DNA of 64,000 nt from assembly GCA_009859145.1 (NCBI GenBank), contig VRVR01000020.1, positions 276,063 to 340,062 of the forward strand. Direction: 5' to 3'. Position numbers and translations under genes: made by a program. This document shows, in pieces, positions 29,682-42,100 of this stretch. Source of the DNA: Andalucia godoyi And28. Lineage: Eukaryota; Protista; Jakobida. Every line of letters starts with the position of its first letter. The first letter of the stretch is position 1. Below the pieces are notes generated by a model, which had not been told where the DNA came from, searched no databases, and was given only the letters and a program-made list of their open reading frames with translations.

Positions 29682-31462
29682 TTGTTCTCACGCGCTGCCA
29701 TATGTACACGCAACGGTCGTTTCGCAAGATGTATCACATACAACAAATCCAGTGACCCTGCGTGACGCGTCGGCGACGGAGCCTTTGGGAGTGCAGAGAA
29801 GAACAGAATGTGTGTCTCGGCGCCGAATCGAGCTGACTCTGTCGAACATCAAAATACGCAACAACAAAAAAACCCACTTCCTCTTCTCTAAACAGTACAA
29901 GAAAAGGATGCTGTGGGGCCGCACTCAACGCTGACTGGGGTGTCCTTTTTTCCTTGAATGGTTGACCAAAGAATGCCCGAGATTCCAGCATCCCCCCAAG
30001 TAAAATGAACGGGCACGGTACACGCGGAATGAACTTGATCCATCATTCTTGACTGCATTCCTCCCGTATGTGCCGGGAAAGGGGTCACGTCCTCGCAGGC
30101 ATGTGCTTGCAGTGCTGCAGCTTCGTAAACTTGACCGTCGCCGTCATCCGTGCAGATGGTAGTCGGCACAAAACATTCCTGGAAAGTCTATTGTGTTGCA
30201 TCGCAGCAGACGCTTCAGATTGCAGCGGAGGTTTCCTGTCGTCTCGTCTTCGTTTTGCTGGCATCGGAGCCACCTCCCCGGGCTGTTGCTTCGTCTTTGC
30301 AGTGCACGAGGGGACGGAGGAATCACGAAGAAGAGGAGGAAAAAGGACACAATGATACAACCATTGGATACCCTTATGTTTACTTTATGTGTAACAGACA
30401 GATACCCCCTCCTTCCGGGGAGACACAAAGCCCCCCGTCTCCGGTGGTCCTGCTAGCGTGTCCGTCATTTTGCAGCAAAATACAACTCTCGGGCCCCCTC
30501 CACTTTCCGCTTTTGGGAGCCCTCTTTTTCCCCCCGAGTCGTCCAAGCATGCCTGTCCAGTGCCCCCCCTCTCCCCTCTCCCCCCTCTTGGCATGCTTGT
30601 GGAAAATCGAGACCCACGGCGGGAAGGGGAGAAAGAGAGAGGGAGAGAGAGAGAGAGAGAGAGAGAAGGGGGAGGCGATCGAACAACAAAAGGAGCCACA
30701 CGGTCAAGCAGCTGTTTTCACGACACACCACCTCCACGCCTCTTCCACTTTGGAATTCTTACTTTGTCCGCTTCGACCAAAGGCGAGCAGCTGTCACACC
30801 TCTGCAGAAACGGTACCTAAGCGTAAAATTACATGTCTTTTCCCCAACTCTTCCTCCGAATTCGCACTTCTCCTCGCGTGTGTGTGACAACGTTCGCTGA
30901 TTCGTGACTGCTCGGGATGCACGCATTCCTGCCCGATTCAGATTTGCGCACGATAAAGCCGACTTGCCTTTTTGAACCAAAACCATGCATTCTGCTCGGG
31001 CTCCGCAGCTCAAAAGAATACTTCTGCACGGACGTTCCAGTAAGGGTGCTCCATCCAAAGTTTCCATTTTGAACATCTCTCCGAACCTTCCTTTTTCAAC
31101 ATCGGAACAAATTTTCGACACGAGCAGAACAAAGAATCTGTGCAGACAGTGCTCCTGAATGGAGTAAAACCCCCCCACAAGCAAAAGCGGATGAAAGGAC
31201 AAAGAAGGATAGGAAAAGAGAGCAATTCCGTGGTCGCTCCGCGATCGAGTCTGCGCACCACCAGCACCTTTTGACTGTTATCGCCGTACGTCGTGCGTCC
31301 TCGAGAGGAGGGGCATTTTTGGGTGTTTGCAGTACGACTCCGGGGGATCGCCAACGGGATCTCGAGACTGCAAACAACAATTCTTTGCTGCATTTGCTTG
31401 TCCGAGCGAGCCAGGCACACAAAGAGAGAAAAAAAAAAGGGAAAAAGGAAAAAAAAAAGATG

Positions 31463-32184
31463 CTACCCTTCGAGCGACATGCAGGGAAACCAATAGCTCT
31501 CGTCGACAGCATCCACCCAACATATGCCCTCGATCATCATGCGTTCAACGGCAGCAGCAGTGCGGATGTCTGACCAACCAAGACTGGTTCGCAAATCCTC
31601 CTTTCTCACAGATCCCAGTCGCTCCTGGGCAGCCGCAAGCACGTCCACGCAGTCTCGGTTCAGTTCGACAGGAATGCTTTGGACATACTGTCTGTCTTGG
31701 ATCACCACAATGTCATAGCCGTCGCCCAGCACCTTCAGCTTCTTGATTGAGCGCATGACGTCATCTGCAGACACCAGTGCTGCTCGTTTCCCTCGTTTTT
31801 TCTTGAGCAGCTCCAGCAGCTCTGTGATTTCCATCAATCCACCATTTCGAGGCCGTGTAGCAATGCACACCGCCACAATCTGCACTCCAAGTTCATAGTA
31901 AAACGAACCCAAACCGAGCATTTCTGCCCAGAAGCCCTTCTTGGACGCTAGTGGATCCACTCCGATTGTCGTGCACATCTTTTGGAAATGATACCGAAGC
32001 TGCGGGTCATTGTTGATCTCCGATCGATGCTTCGTCGAGAATTCCTCCAATTTGGACCGAAACGTCTCGAGAACCTCCCGAGCCTGGGAGATTTGATACT
32101 GTGTTACTTCTCCACCCTTTTCCCGAAACCGAGCACTTGTCTCCGCATTCTTCTTTAGTCCAGCCACACCAACTCCCCGTCGCA

Positions 32185-32185
<1 letters not shown>
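31463..32185 (-). CDS. SNF8: ESCRT-II subunit Vps22/Snf8
   Basis: MRRGVGVAGL, FQKMCTTIGVDPLASKKGFWAEMLGLGSFYYELGVQI, RNGGL, VQSIPVELN, C-terminal WVD...YWFP. Confidence 0.95.

Positions 32186-32187
<2 letters not shown>

Positions 32188-32243
<56 letters not shown>
32188..32243 (+). repeat. (CT)n microsatellite immediately upstream of the SNF8 ATG
   Basis: Directly visible dinucleotide run. Confidence 0.95.
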
Positions 32244-32247
<4 letters not shown>

Positions 32248-32583
32248 TTTCTTTTTCTTTTTCGCTTCCTCTCTTGCCAATCTTCGTTTCCTTGCGACCT
32301 TTTTTCATTTCCCAAAACACACTTAACCAACTATTTGCCAATGGGCCAAAACAAAAACGGACGATCCGATAAACAGATAGTAGCAGCATCACGTGAGTCA
32401 ACCGTCTTCCGAAGAAGCCACCAAAAGTCCAAACTGTCACACACGTTTTTTCCAAGGTTTTTAAAAGTCATCTGCTCGTTTTTTTCCTTCTTGCATTCGT
32501 TCTGTATATATGCATTTTATAAAAATTATAGACTCCATTTTCCTAATTCCCCACAGGAGGAGGTGAAGCAGAAACAGGAGAAA

Positions 32584-34097
32584 ATGGATAGTTCTGAAGT
32601 TGCTGTGGACAGTGCCGATATGACCCAAGAGTCCAACGATGTAGCATTTGAAGTATGTTCTTCTTCTTCTTTTTTCCCTTGGCTCTTCTCGTTTTTTAAC
32701 GTTTATTTAAGGTTTAAAAACTGTTGTTTTCCTGTTTCTTCTTCCAAGTCGTCCGTTGTCTCCTAGTATATGTCTATTTGTGTCATTGAACTCTGTTTTC
32801 CAATAATGCCTGTAAGGGGGAGAGTGAATGACTGACTGACTGTGAGATTGTGCGAGTGTGTATTCGATAATTGCTCATTTCTTCTTCTTCTTTTCTTTTG
32901 ACAGTTCAATGATTGTGTTTGCGTATATATGGGTGCACTGGATGCTGTGAATTCCCTCTGCATTGTTGGAAATCTGTTTTATGCAGGCTCCTTTGATGGA
33001 TCCATTCATGCATATGACTTGGAGGTATGCACTCTATTCCCGTCTCGCCCGCTTTTCCGTCGCCCCTCCCATTTTGCAGTTTTCCTTCCTCTTCCCTCTT
33101 CCCTCTTCCCTCTTCCCTCTTCCCTCTTCCCTCTTTTCTATTTTTTTCTCTTCTTCCACGGTTCTTTCTAATCAGCAACGGTTTCTTTGCATAATATCAG
33201 TCGGGTTCTCTGGTGCTGAATCTCAAGGGTCACACAGCAAGCGTATGCTGTTTGGCAGAGCGCGGGGGAATGTTGTTCAGTGCTTCCGACGATGCAACCA
33301 TCCGAGTCTGGAGTGTGTATTCTGCAGAATGCACGCAGGTACTGACGACGCACAAGTCTGCGGTGACTGCGATGGTTCTCACGGATCGACATTTGATATC
33401 CGGGGATCGGGACCATGAAGTACACATTCACGACATCTCAAAAGCGCCATTTCCGTTCGTGAAGAAGGTGGACAATGCACATCTCTCGCAAATATCTGCG
33501 ATTTATGCCCTTAGTGCGCACGGAGATATTCTGACGGGATCGTATGACCGACTTGTGAAGAGAATCAATTGGAATTCGGGAGCCATGGTTTCTGCATATG
33601 TCAGCGGCAAGTCAAAGTTTGGTCCGGGCCATACGATCCGCTGCGTTGTCGCTGATGAAAATTCAAAGAGAATATTTGTGGGTTCATCGGATGCAAGAAT
33701 ACGAGTGTACAATTTGGAGACTGCAGACTGCGTGTTGGAAATGAAGACGGACTCGAGCGTGTTTTGTCTCGCGTTCTGGAAAGGCCAGTTGTATGCTGGA
33801 TGCGAAGACGGATCCGTCCGACAGTATTCGGCGGAGAAAGGTACACTCGATTACACGTTCAAAGGGCATACCGACAGTGTGACGTCGCTATGTCTCAGCG
33901 AAGACGGGCTGCTGGTTACGGGGTCGTATGATCGGTCCGTACGCTGCTGGGACCTGAACGGAACGCTCAGATTCTTGCAGATTATGGAAGAGAAGAAGGC
34001 GGAAGAGGAACGAATGAGACGCGAAAGAGAGGCCGAGGCCTCGCGATTGTCTATGGAATCTGCAGCGTCGAAGAAGTCAAAGAAGAAGAAGAAATAG
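32584..34097 (+). CDS. WD40-repeat protein with charged/basic C-terminal tail, 3 exons
   Basis: Exons 32584-32652, 32905-33024, 33201-34097 (GTATGT/GTATGC donors, CAG acceptors, all phase 0) give continuous GH...WD-type repeats (KGHTASVCCL...SASDDATIRVW; KGHTDSVTSL...TGSYDRSVRCWD); ends KKSKKKKK. Confidence 0.8.
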
Positions 34098-34153
34098 TAG
34101 TAGGCAGCAGCAGCAGTAGTAGTAGTAGTAGTAATAGATGGCAGTACCCATCG

Positions 34154-34272
34154 CCTACATTATACACTGAACATGCGTATCTACGAATAGACATGCGTAT
34201 TCAATCCTGCATCCCGTTGCCGGGAAGGGGATAGGCCCCAACACGCCTCACGGCGCTCTTCAGATAAATGTT
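34154..34272 (-). ncRNA. Putative Fanzor/TnpB omegaRNA scaffold (copy A), overlapping the end of the TnpB remnant; putative guide from 34153 downward
   Basis: Minus-strand stems: GGGG-CCTAT-CCCC (34239-34227), TCCCG-GCAA-CGGGA (34225-34212, GNRA loop), a 16-bp stem with 2 mismatches and a TTCG loop (34203-34168), then CAGTGTATAATGTAGG. Loop CCTAT can pair with terminal GTAGG (one G-U). Confidence 0.78.
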
Positions 34273-34476
34273 CCGCGCTCCGCCCTCCGTTCCAATCTCG
34301 ATCAATCTGTGAGCTACACGCGGGACATGCAAACACTTTGCTGCTTCCGCCTAGACGTGCATGGATCTCACCGCAGCACCCGCGCGTTTTGGACGTGCAC
34401 TCCTCCGTCACTTTCTCAGGGTGACACGGTGTTCCTGAGAAGGGTGCATTTTGATCTAGCAGCAGGCGTAGTGACA
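34201..34476 (-). pseudogene. Degenerate C-terminal fragment of a Fanzor2/IS607-type TnpB RNA-guided nuclease
   Basis: Restoring one 1-nt frameshift and removing one 7-nt insertion gives HYACC*IKMHPSQEHRVTLR/VTEECTSKTRGCCGEIHARLGGSSKVFACPACSSQIDRDWNG/ARNIYLKSAVRRVGAYPLP. This is the TnpB V.E.YTSKTC..CG...LGGSKVF.C..C....DRD.NGARNI zinc ribbon plus RuvC-III motif. Confidence 0.88.
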
Positions 34477-34999
34477 CGTGGTCTCTTAGTAGGTCTGCGG
34501 GACCTAGGAGGCCCTGTATCGGGCGGCGTAGGCGTAGGCGAATGCGTCATCCCAGCGCACCCACGCCCGTATTTGAATTAAAAACGTGAAACCAAAAAAC
34601 CAAACCAACGAATGATCGAATAGATGGCTACGGATGCTGCGTTAAAGAGTGTCGAAAATGCGGAGCCTGTGTCACCGGCTGAATTCTGGCCGAGCGTGCG
34701 TAAGCACGAATTCCCTGTGAAACAAACGTGCTGGTGTCGGCCAGTATTGACCGTGTCTGTTTATGCATACTTCCTTCCGTATGCATGACAATGGCGGGTT
34801 ATTATTCACCGGCAGCTGCAGTTTGAATCGAGCTGCTGTACAACGTAAATACATTGCTTTCTGCCGAAATGCCAATGGAAAGGTCATTGCGACAGCCGTT
34901 CTTTTGAGAAGAATGCGACGGCGCACGAATAGACTGTTCGGTCGTTAGACGCATTGCATTTAATTCGCTCAGCCCATCTCACACACACGCGTCTTCAAC

Positions 35000-35479
35000 A
35001 TGAACTTTGGAGATCGCATATCAATTGTTCCCCCGCGGCCTCCAGAGAAGGGATCGTTTCCGTTGGATCATCTGGGCGAATGCAAGGTTCTCGTGGACAG
35101 GGTGCTGGCGTGCATGAGAAAACACGAGCAGCAGTCCAGATTCTGTCGACTGGAATTCCGAGACTACCTGCAATGTCGCATGGACAAGGGACTGATGCAA
35201 AAAGAGGACTTTTCAAAGTTGGATCTGGATGATCCCAACAAATACAAAGTATGCTAGTGTTTCAATTTGTCATCTTTTGATTGGTCTGCTCCCTTTTGCT
35301 TGCTTTTCAATGCATTCTTTACAATGACTTACTTGCATCTTCTGCATCACCACTCCTTGTCCTGTCTTGCCGTACAGAATGTAGAACTGGGCGACAAGGA
35401 AAAGAAGGAAGAAGACGGGTTCGTTGCCGGAGTATCACGACGAAATCGCAAGCTGGTTCCAGAGACGGACTCGTCATGA
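35000..35479 (+). CDS. COX19: Cytochrome c oxidase assembly protein COX19 (twin CX9C), 2 exons
   Basis: PPEKGSFPLDHLGEC, CX9C...CX9C, YLQCRMDKGLM. Exons 35000-35248 and 35378-35479 (GTATGC...TACAG) add NVELGDKEKKEEDGFVAG. Confidence 0.92.
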
Positions 35480-35580
35480 ATCCACCATCTCAGGTGCTTA
35501 CCGGTACGTAGACACGCCTGCTGCAGCGCTGTACAGTAATGTAAAAGACACCAAAAGCAAACGGGGATGTGTCAAGGGGA

Positions 35581-35982
35581 TTACATAAAGTACATTGGGC
35601 TTGCCATATCGTTTGAACTCTCCGAAGTGGCAGCAATCACAACGACAGTCTTCTTGCCTTCGACTGTGGTGTCTTGGCCGAGATCTCCTGCGGTTTGCCA
35701 GACCTGCTTGTCGAATGCTGCTTCCGGTTCCGTATCCTGCGTCTTGGGAAGCACCGTTCTGGAAGCGGTGCTCGACGAATTGCCCATGTACAGCTCTGGA
35801 GGATGGTGGTCTTTGTGCATAGGTGTCCGCTCAAAAGGATGCCCTCGCGGCCGCTGGAGCGGTGCATCGCGCTCCGGAACTGCATTCGTGCGAATGGCAG
35901 CCAGCCGTCGCCCAGATTGCATTGTGCGAATGACGTGCGTGAACTTGCGAACAAAATGACGATTCACACTGGGCCTCATCAT
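35581..35982 (-). CDS. Hypothetical protein, 133 aa, possibly mitochondrion-targeted
   Basis: ATG after a purine-rich leader like neighbouring genes; Arg-rich, acid-free N-terminus (MMRPSVNRHFVRKFTHVIRT). No family recognised. Confidence 0.4.
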   Translation of the reverse strand: MMRPSVNRHFVRKFTHVIRTMQSGRRLAAIRTNAVPERDAPLQRPRGHPFERTPMHKDHHPPELYMGNSSSTASRTVLPKTQDTEPEAAFDKQVWQTAGDLGQDTTVEGKKTVVVIAATSESSNDMASPMYFM

Positions 35983-36745
35983 TGCTCCTTCCCCTCTTCT
36001 TCTTCTTCTTTTTTGTCTTCTACTACTACAACTACTACAAGAACAACTTCTTCTTCTGGTTTGTCAAAATGAACAAAAGCGGATCCCAAAAGAATCAGTT
36101 GTGCCTTTCTGTTATGCCCGCCGTGTGTTAAAAATAAATGAAGGAAAGCGATCCAGGATACAACTTGACTTGCATTTGAGAGAGCACTGTACGTGCCTGT
36201 TTGGTTTCCCCCTGTCGAACTCCCTTCTCAAGGACTTTATGATTCGCCTGTGAAGCAGCTGAAAGGCTTCTGCGCAGGGGCTCGAGGCTGACGCTCGGTT
36301 TCAGCAGAGCTGACTTCGGGGTCTCCAGACCGCTGACGAGCACGTGCGCCTTTGACTGGGCAGCCGAACGATAGCCGTCCTTACTCCAGAATTCCTGGCG
36401 CCCAGCTTCTCTCCGCCAGTCTCGATGGTGTGCCGGGACCGCTACCGAGTCTACCGTGTCCTGCAAGAATGGGACAAGACTTTGGGATGGGCGTGCACGA
36501 AATATCGAGAGTCTCCGTATTCCAAACGAGGGTCATCAGACCGCGAGCGTCAGCTAACTGTAGTCGGGACCCTGGAGAAAAGTTTCAAACCCGGTTTTCG
36601 CACTCTGTTTATATTCGTTTTGGTTGTTGCGACTCCAACGCAAAACAAAGGACGCGTCGATTCTGAGAAGAGGCCTCCGTACACAAGCGACGGATTTTAC
36701 ATTACCTTGACGTGGCTAGAGAGATACTGTATTCCTTCGCAGAAA

Positions 36746-37111
36746 ATGACGAGTCTTGTTCGCCGATCTGTGATGCGACTGTTCTCAAGCACACCGGCCG
36801 CAGCCGAGTCGCCGTCGATCCTGACACTGACTGCACAGATCCGAGATGCCTCCGGGTCTCGGGCAGCCCGAAAACTCCGAGCAACAGGCCGTGTTCCGGG
36901 AATTGTGTTTGGCGGACCCGACGGAAAGCCCGCGGCGCTCATCTCGCTGTCGGAAGATGAAGTGGAGCACAAGCTTGCTGCATCTCCGTGGGCCAATCCA
37001 CAAGCCACTCTGCGGATTGAAGGCCAGGCGGACCAAACGGTTGGTGTCCACCAGATCATCCGACATCCTGTTTCAAGAAAGCTCGCGTCTCTCAATCTCC
37101 TTCGAGAGTAG
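36746..37111 (+). CDS. Mitochondrial ribosomal protein bL25 (5S rRNA-binding domain) with presequence
   Basis: MTSLVRRSVMRLFSST presequence, then GSRAARKLRATGRVPGIVFGG and HQIIRHPVSRKLASLNL (bL25 signature ARRLR..G.VPAV.YG ... QRHP). Confidence 0.85.
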   Translation: MTSLVRRSVMRLFSSTPAAAESPSILTLTAQIRDASGSRAARKLRATGRVPGIVFGGPDGKPAALISLSEDEVEHKLAASPWANPQATLRIEGQADQTVGVHQIIRHPVSRKLASLNLLRE

Positions 37112-37360
37112 TGCTGCACTCGTGTTCATATCCATCTCATGCCCCCCCCCCCCCCCACCCTCACATCAATTGAAAAGAAAAAAGCTGAAGAAAAAAAACC
37201 AAGAATAGTAAATGGCGAACAAGAAATATGCACCATACATGCATACAGCCCATTGCAAACTGGGGGATGGTCTTTATAATAAGAAAGAATGAAATACGAC
37301 ATGGGCAGTCTGCGCCGCGCGAGGGGTGACATCCAGCATTTCATTTCCTCTGTTTCATCA

Positions 37361-38452
<1,092 letters not shown>

Positions 38453-38489
38453 TTACAATTGATAACGAGAGGGTGTGTGTATATGTATA

Positions 38490-38490
<1 letters not shown>

Positions 38491-38552
<62 letters not shown>
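38491..38552 (+). repeat. (GT)n(GA)n compound microsatellite
   Basis: Directly visible. Confidence 0.95.
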
Positions 38553-38556
<4 letters not shown>

Positions 38557-38849
38557 AGAGAACAAAAAGCAAAGGATTAAAATATATAAAAAGAAAGGTC
38601 CAAATCAAATCAAAACAAAACAAAACAAACCAAGCAAAAAGTACTGGACGACGGCACTTTTTCCCCTGGAATAATAATGTAACAACTGGAGAAACCCCTC
38701 CAATAGGAAGAAGGATTTCCACGACGATTCGAGAAGACGAGAACAGAAGTGGATTCTTTAGTCAGCGGCCAAGGATCGGTGTGGGATGGCATCACGTGAT
38801 GCAAGCGTATGAAATCCAGTCTCTAAAAAACAGTTCAGAAATGTGTTTT

Positions 38850-38851
<2 letters not shown>

Positions 38852-38898
<47 letters not shown>

Positions 38899-38899
38899 G
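38852..38899 (+). repeat. (TTG)n microsatellite
   Basis: Directly visible. Confidence 0.95.
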
Positions 38900-39164
38900 C
38901 TTTTCGTTTTGTTTGACAATTGTATTTTCCCTTTTATTTTATCGTTTCGTTTCTCTATCTTCTCTGTCGTTGTTCCACTCGGTGTGTTTTATTACTTGAA
39001 TTGACGGTCCGTCTCCCAACGAGCGATTCACGGTCCGCATCGACTCCAGGGTTGATTGTTAACAGTGAGAGGAGAAGGAGAAGGAGACAGAGGAAGCCAA
39101 TCAAATCGTAGTATAGTAGTAATAGTAGAAATAGAAGCCGAACAAAGACGGCGAGAAATAGTGA

Positions 39165-42100
39165 ATGTCTGTGCCTGACGACGTGTCGTTTTTTGATTCT
39201 CTGCCTTCGGGAACCGAGTCGGATCCGGATGCTGCGTTCTTTTCACAATTGAGCGGTGCTGACGAAGGGGCAGTGCATGACGGTCACTCCGCTGGCTACT
39301 CATCGACGTCTACTTACTCGGACACTGCTTCTTCTGTGGCCCGTCGGAATCCTGGGTCGTATCAGCAGTCGACTGCGATACTTGATCCTTCCCCGCTACC
39401 ACCATCATCGACAACATCATCGACAGCTTCAGCAGCACCCTCATGGATGCCTCCGACGGCCAGCACCTCACACGTTCATCCTTTGCATTCGTCTGTTTCC
39501 CAAGAGTCTTTCGAGCACAGTGCAGGTACGCCACCACAGAATGATCCGACAGTGACATTCAGTGGCCGACCGCAAGATGGGATCACTGCCATGAACCTCA
39601 TGATGATGGAAGACTCGTTTGCGTCGTCGCATCCACCGCAGGCGACGACTCCTGCCTCGCATGTGCATTCCGAACCGTCGCTTCCCGATGATGCGACTTC
39701 CGAGTATGCTTATTCATCAAGATTCAGCCATTCTTCAGGATCGTCAAGCACATCCACAGATAATGTGTCCACGTTCCAGGCGGCTCCGGATCACCAAGGA
39801 GAGCCGCATGAACAAGGAGACTGGGCATGGGATCAGCATTCTGCTGGGGAAGGTGCAGATTTCTTTGACCATATAAGACCACCTTCAGAACCATCGACAT
39901 CGGCATCTTCTTTGGGCTCGACGGCAATGATGATGCAGCAGCACCCGCAACTCTTGGATCATGCCACCGTAACCGGGGCACCAACGCAGTCGCATGATAC
40001 ACCCCCGCACCAAGCGGTGGGCCCGATCACCGACGCTGCGTACTACGGTTCCCAGATACCACAGCCGCAATTCTCTCTCCAGGCAGGGTTTGTGAGCGTG
40101 GTCAACCCCCCGATGTTCTCCTCACAAGCTGCCGGAATCCCTCCAAACTCCGTAGCCTCCGCGAGACCGCCGCATGCACTCGACAATGGCTCACATCCAC
40201 AGCCGGTGTTCCAGCCCCCGCAATTTGCCCCGCAGCATCCTTCGCTGCCATCCTGGCCGGCATCATCTTCCACTCCGGTGTATGCGCAACCGCAAGCTAC
40301 CGCGAGTGCCACCTCCAACGCTCTGCCGCCGATGCCGGAGCCACAGCTCTCTCACTCACATGCAGCCCAGCAAAACTCGCAGTTCCTTTATCACGAACAA
40401 GGGGGATTTGGCACGCCATTGTCGCCACCAGCATCTGCCGGTGGTTTTCAGGAGATTTCATTGACGCAACAGTCGCCACCTGTTGGCGGACCGCTCCCAA
40501 ACAGAGTCCCATCAGGTAGTGCGGCACCTGTTGGGCAGTCCATGTTGTCGGTTTCTTCTGGGGCCTTCCACGCGGTTCCTGGACCCTACCATCCGTCCTC
40601 GGTGCCAGTTCCACAGGCCGCTGTCCCGCCCAATATTGCCCCTTCTACGTTTGCTGCCGTGCCAATAGCGTCGCACGCGCAACCACCACTACCACCACAG
40701 ATATCCCACACAGGACCACCAAACCACCATCCTCTTCCTGCAAACCATCTTAGTTTTCCTACTGCTCAGCCAGTGCAGGCAAATTCCCAGTTCAGTTATG
40801 GCGATCAGGCCCATCCGGACGCTTCCGCGCTATCTCCTGGTTCTAAGGCCCGGTTGGAGATTGAAAATCAAAAGAGGACATTGGAACTGCAAATGGAAGA
40901 ACTTCGTCGGAAAATGGAAGAGCTCAATGGAGGGGCTTTTGTGAATGGATCCCAGCAGCCGTCCCAGCTGGTTCACAATGGAGGGACCACTGGATATGGT
41001 CCCAGCCATGGGCGTCCGCAGGGCCATGGACATGGGCGCACACCATCCTTCGGATCCGGACCAGTGTTCGGCGCCACAATGTCCACGTCATCATCTTTCG
41101 CCAGTCTCCCGACGTACGACGGCGGTTTGCAGGGGTTTCGGCCTGGTATGCACCCCGGGCACCAGTCATCGTTTGGAGCAGTTTCCCACCACTCTCTGAT
41201 ACCCTTCGAGATCGCCAATGACATTATGATCCCTCCGAAAGGTGCCCAGATACCCGTGGCTTCGTTTGGATTCGGTGGAAAGCTGGTTGTGACGTTCCCA
41301 CGCAAGCAGCATCGCTTGAATGTCCTCAATCCGAATGCTCCGGCAGCAGAGAGCAGCTTGAAGCCCGGGTCTGTCGCAATCCATACAATGTCTTCTCTGT
41401 TTCCCATCGACGACGACCACGCGTTTCCTGTGCAGTTTGGGAATGTTCAAGCTGTTCCGCAGCTCGTGCAGTACGTTCAACGTAAGATATCTTTCGCCGC
41501 GGACGCAGACGAGCGGACACTCTGGTCGTTGTTGATGGTGGAATTGCAGGGGCTGGAAAACGAGCAAGTCCGTCTACAAGGCTACAAGGACTTGTTGACA
41601 AGCTTGTCTTCCGCCACGCCATTGGAGAATTCATGTCATGTTGCCAAGGATCTTTCTGTTGATGCGGATTTTACGAGCATTGATCAGCTGCTGCTCGACG
41701 GAAAACGTGACGAGGCCGTGAAGCAAGCCGTGCGACAAAAGCAGTTTGCGTTGGCATTGATGCTGTCCTCTGTTATTGACAAGAAAACGTTCCACTCTGT
41801 GGCAGCACAGTACGTCAAGGAATCAATGGATGAAAAGTCTCCGCTTCGTACGCTATTGATGGTTATTTGCCAGAACATCTCTCAGACGCTGCTGGATAAT
41901 TCAAGCGAGCATTCCGTTAGTTGGCAGCAAGAATGGGCGCATCATGTTTTGATGCTGATTTCCAATCCCGTGCATCACATGGAGAATTGGCTTGTGCAAC
42001 TTGGTGACAAGCTCGCTCGCGACTACGGTCTTGTGGTCCCGTCTATACTCTGTTACATGTTCGCAGCCATTCCGATCGAATCACCATTTCGAGATGTGCG

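Larger units (their letters stand above)
34154..34560 (-). mobile_element. Non-autonomous, internally deleted TnpB/Fanzor-carrying element (left boundary uncertain)
   Basis: GC-rich ~400-nt island between the WD40 3' end and AT-rich DNA at ~34570; holds the TnpB remnant and omegaRNA-like right end; no transposase seen. Confidence 0.55.

Noticed and set aside
34624-34788. 54-aa ATG-initiated ORF upstream of COX19
   Set aside because: Too short, no homology recognised; could be a uORF or chance.
36128-36466. 112-aa minus-strand ORF upstream of bL25
   Set aside because: Non-ATG start, no recognisable motif, and no convincing splice to the 35581-35982 ORF.
39515-39522. 8-nt match to the first bases of putative guide B, inside SEC16
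   Set aside because: An 8-mer is expected by chance in 64 kb. No longer match to either guide was noticed in this window, but this was not an exhaustive search.
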